DNA of 64,000 bases from an uncultured Verrucomicrobiae bacterium (GTDB lineage: Bacteria; Verrucomicrobiota; Verrucomicrobiia; Chthoniobacterales; Terrimicrobiaceae). Positions 61,734-64,000 of this stretch are shown piece after piece. A model generated the notes under the pieces. That model was not told where the DNA came from. It did not search any database and saw nothing but the letters and a program-made list of their open reading frames with translations. Every line of letters begins with the position of its first letter. Position 1 is the first letter of the stretch. Location of the stretch: positions 256,001-320,000 of the forward strand of contig CAVPOC010000006.1 in the NCBI GenBank assembly GCA_963706955.1, in the 5' to 3' direction. A program made the translations under genes and the position numbers.

Positions 61734-63941
61734 ATGAGGACAGACTCTGAGGGCGCGTCGTCTAGGCCTGCGCCGCTTTCGATCCTGCCGGTTCTTGTCG
61801 GAGGAGTTCTAGGGATCGTGCTCGGAATTGTCGTGGGGGACTACGCCCGCTTCCTTCGACCCATCGGGCAACTCTATGTCATGCTTCTGGAAATAGCGGT
61901 TTATCCTTACTTGATTTGTTCGCTGCTCCACGGACTTGGAAGTATGTCGCCAAGCCAGGCCTGGAAGCTCTTCTTCTCTGGCTGGAGGTTCTACGTTGCG
62001 CTCTGGATAATCACTTTCGGAGTATTGATCGTGCTCGCGCAAGGCATCCCGCAAGCTCTTTCGACGAGTTGGGTAGCTGATCGAGCGGCGCGCACGACGC
62101 CGGGCTTGCTCGAGATTCTTATTCCGAGCGACCCGTTTACCGCCTTAGCACGAAACTATGTGCCGGCCGTTGTCCTCTTCTGCCTGCTGTATGGTGTCGC
62201 TCTGCAACACGTTCAGGAAAAAACGGCGCTCCTGGCGGTGCTGGAGGGAATTCGCCTGGCCAGCTTGAAATTTTGGAACGCTGTTGTGCGGTTCGCGCCG
62301 TTGGCGGTCTTCGCACTTTTCGCCGACCTCGCCGGGACGCTAAGACCCAAAGATGTCGAGGAGGTCTCCCTTTTCTTTTTTCTGTTTTTCTCCGGGAGCT
62401 TTCTCTTGGCGTTTTGGATTATCCCAACGTGCATCTCGGCGTTCACACCTTTTCGCTACCACGAAGTTCTGCGAGATCTCCGTTCGGCGTTCTTGATCGC
62501 TGTCGCGACGACCCTATCGGTCTCCGCCCTGCCTTATATCTCGTCGGCGACGCAGCGTCTGGCTAAGCTGTGCGGAATTGAAGATCCTGAGTGTGGAGAA
62601 ATTGTCCGAACGAATATCTCGGTCGCGTACCCGTTGGGCCAACTCGGCAACTTCTTCATCTACCTCTTCGTTGTCTTCGCCCTTTTTTACCATGGCGTCG
62701 TGGCTGGGCCGCTGGAGATTTCCCTGCTGCCGCTGGTCTCTCTATTGTCGGGCGTAGGCTCGCCGACCTCTTCCGTCGATGCGGTGAGCTTCTTATCGGA
62801 GTGGCTTGGACTGCCAAATCAGACCACCTCGCTTTATGTGAGTCTCATGACGTTGACCCGCTATGGCCAGGTCATCGCCTCGGTGGCGGGTTTTGCTTTT
62901 CTCAGTTTCGGAGTCGTTCTGGCTTACTACGGGAAAATTCAGATGCGATGGAGCCGAGTCCTTGTCTCCCTTCTGGTGGCACTCTGCGCTCTCGCTTCAT
63001 TTGTCTTTGTCGCTCGCCGATTTGATGACTGGGTGCTGAATCGCTCCACCAATCCCTACCTCGACTTTGCTTTAGAGCCCGCGGTGACCTCCGGAATACC
63101 GGTGACGTTTGGCACCGTTGAATCCACCCAGCCGCTGCCGAAAAATTTAGCCGTTCTTGCGCGAATTCAGCGGGACGGCGAGTTGCGGGTTGGCTTTAAC
63201 GAAGGCATCATTCCCTTCAGTTATCGGAATTCTGCAGGGGAGTTGGTTGGCTACGACATTGCCTTTGCCTATCAGCTCGCGCGCGATCTCAATGTGCGGC
63301 TCCGCTTCATTCCTTTCCAGTGGCCTGATCTGGCCCAAAACCTCACCGAAGGGCGATTCGATATTGCCATGGCGGGCATCTATGTCACCGAGGACCGGCT
63401 CCTGGCATTTGAGGCCTCCCGCCCATATTTTCAGAGTCCTCTGGCTCTTTTCATGCCGCGCGATCGGGCGGAGGCTTTTACCAGCCGGACAAAGATCCTG
63501 GAGCGCGAGGCTCTCAAGATCGGTGTATTCAACGATCCGGTGCTCATACCAAGGCTCGCACGCACTTTCCCGAACGCTGAGATCGTCGTGGTTCCGGGTT
63601 ATCAGCGCATCCCCGATTTTTCCAAAATTGACGCCGCCATATGGACGCTCGTGCAGGCTGAGTCGCTCGCGGCGGCTCACCCGGGCCTCATCGCCGTTGT
63701 TCCGAGGGATGCAGGCAACCCGTACCTGCTCGCTTATCTGATGCCGCCCGGCGCGGACGAATTTGAGAATTTTGTGAACTATTGGCTCGATCTCAAACGG
63801 GCCGACGGGTTCGAGAAAGGGCAACGCGCGTACTGGATTGATCGAGTGCCCCCTGACAGCCGAGCGCCACGATGGTCTATTCTGGGGGACGTCTTCGGAT
63901 TTGGAGTATCACAGTCTAAGGATTCAGCGGGAAAAAACTGA
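61734..63941 (+). CDS. Dicarboxylate/amino acid:cation symporter (DAACS) fused to a family-3 periplasmic binding domain
   Basis: Multi-TM N-half (IPSDPF.AL, ATTLSVSALP); C-half IQRDGELRVG...PFSY....GELVGYDI...GRFDIAMAGI.VT. Confidence 0.88.
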   Translation: MRTDSEGASSRPAPLSILPVLVGGVLGIVLGIVVGDYARFLRPIGQLYVMLLEIAVYPYLICSLLHGLGSMSPSQAWKLFFSGWRFYVALWIITFGVLIVLAQGIPQALSTSWVADRAARTTPGLLEILIPSDPFTALARNYVPAVVLFCLLYGVALQHVQEKTALLAVLEGIRLASLKFWNAVVRFAPLAVFALFADLAGTLRPKDVEEVSLFFFLFFSGSFLLAFWIIPTCISAFTPFRYHEVLRDLRSAFLIAVATTLSVSALPYISSATQRLAKLCGIEDPECGEIVRTNISVAYPLGQLGNFFIYLFVVFALFYHGVVAGPLEISLLPLVSLLSGVGSPTSSVDAVSFLSEWLGLPNQTTSLYVSLMTLTRYGQVIASVAGFAFLSFGVVLAYYGKIQMRWSRVLVSLLVALCALASFVFVARRFDDWVLNRSTNPYLDFALEPAVTSGIPVTFGTVESTQPLPKNLAVLARIQRDGELRVGFNEGIIPFSYRNSAGELVGYDIAFAYQLARDLNVRLRFIPFQWPDLAQNLTEGRFDIAMAGIYVTEDRLLAFEASRPYFQSPLALFMPRDRAEAFTSRTKILEREALKIGVFNDPVLIPRLARTFPNAEIVVVPGYQRIPDFSKIDAAIWTLVQAESLAAAHPGLIAVVPRDAGNPYLLAYLMPPGADEFENFVNYWLDLKRADGFEKGQRAYWIDRVPPDSRAPRWSILGDVFGFGVSQSKDSAGKN

Positions 63942-64000
63942 GAATGGGTCGCGTGGTGACCCTCGCCTAGGAGACGCGTCGGCGTCGCTGAGATGACGTT

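Overview
A 64 kb bacterial chromosomal segment with no phage, IS transposase, rRNA or CRISPR array. Gene content and order (kdsA-lptC-lptA-lptB-hprK-ptsH-ptsI, gatC-gatA, AlgI/AlgJ-like cluster) suggest Verrucomicrobiota, possibly Chthoniobacterales; this is inference, not a database result. Housekeeping blocks: avtA, gatCA, gpsA-plsY, msrB, tRNA-Gly(TCC), kdsA/lpt/PTS. The most unusual locus is about 5.0-17.0 kb. It holds a membrane-anchor-free chemoreceptor-type dCache domain fused to a LuxR HTH, a class I glutamine amidotransferase, a sigma54-preceded NitT/TauT-type ABC transporter, and an allophanate hydrolase whose amidase and C-terminal domains are separated by a ~4.9 kb kinase/regulator/PP2C/STAS cassette. 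Other accessory items: an AlgI/AlgJ/AlgX-like O-acylation cluster whose members share an unnamed C-terminal domain, an orphan bufferin-like Cys-rich precursor, a sulfated-glycan module, a PhnDCE-like transporter with a Fur-like box, a DAACS-binding-protein fusion, and decayed remnants (modB, TonB-C, a receiver domain) that the ORF track misses or shows only in part. About nine single-base indels cluster at 10.1-16.8 kb and are probably sequencing errors. All assignments come from motif recognition by eye.
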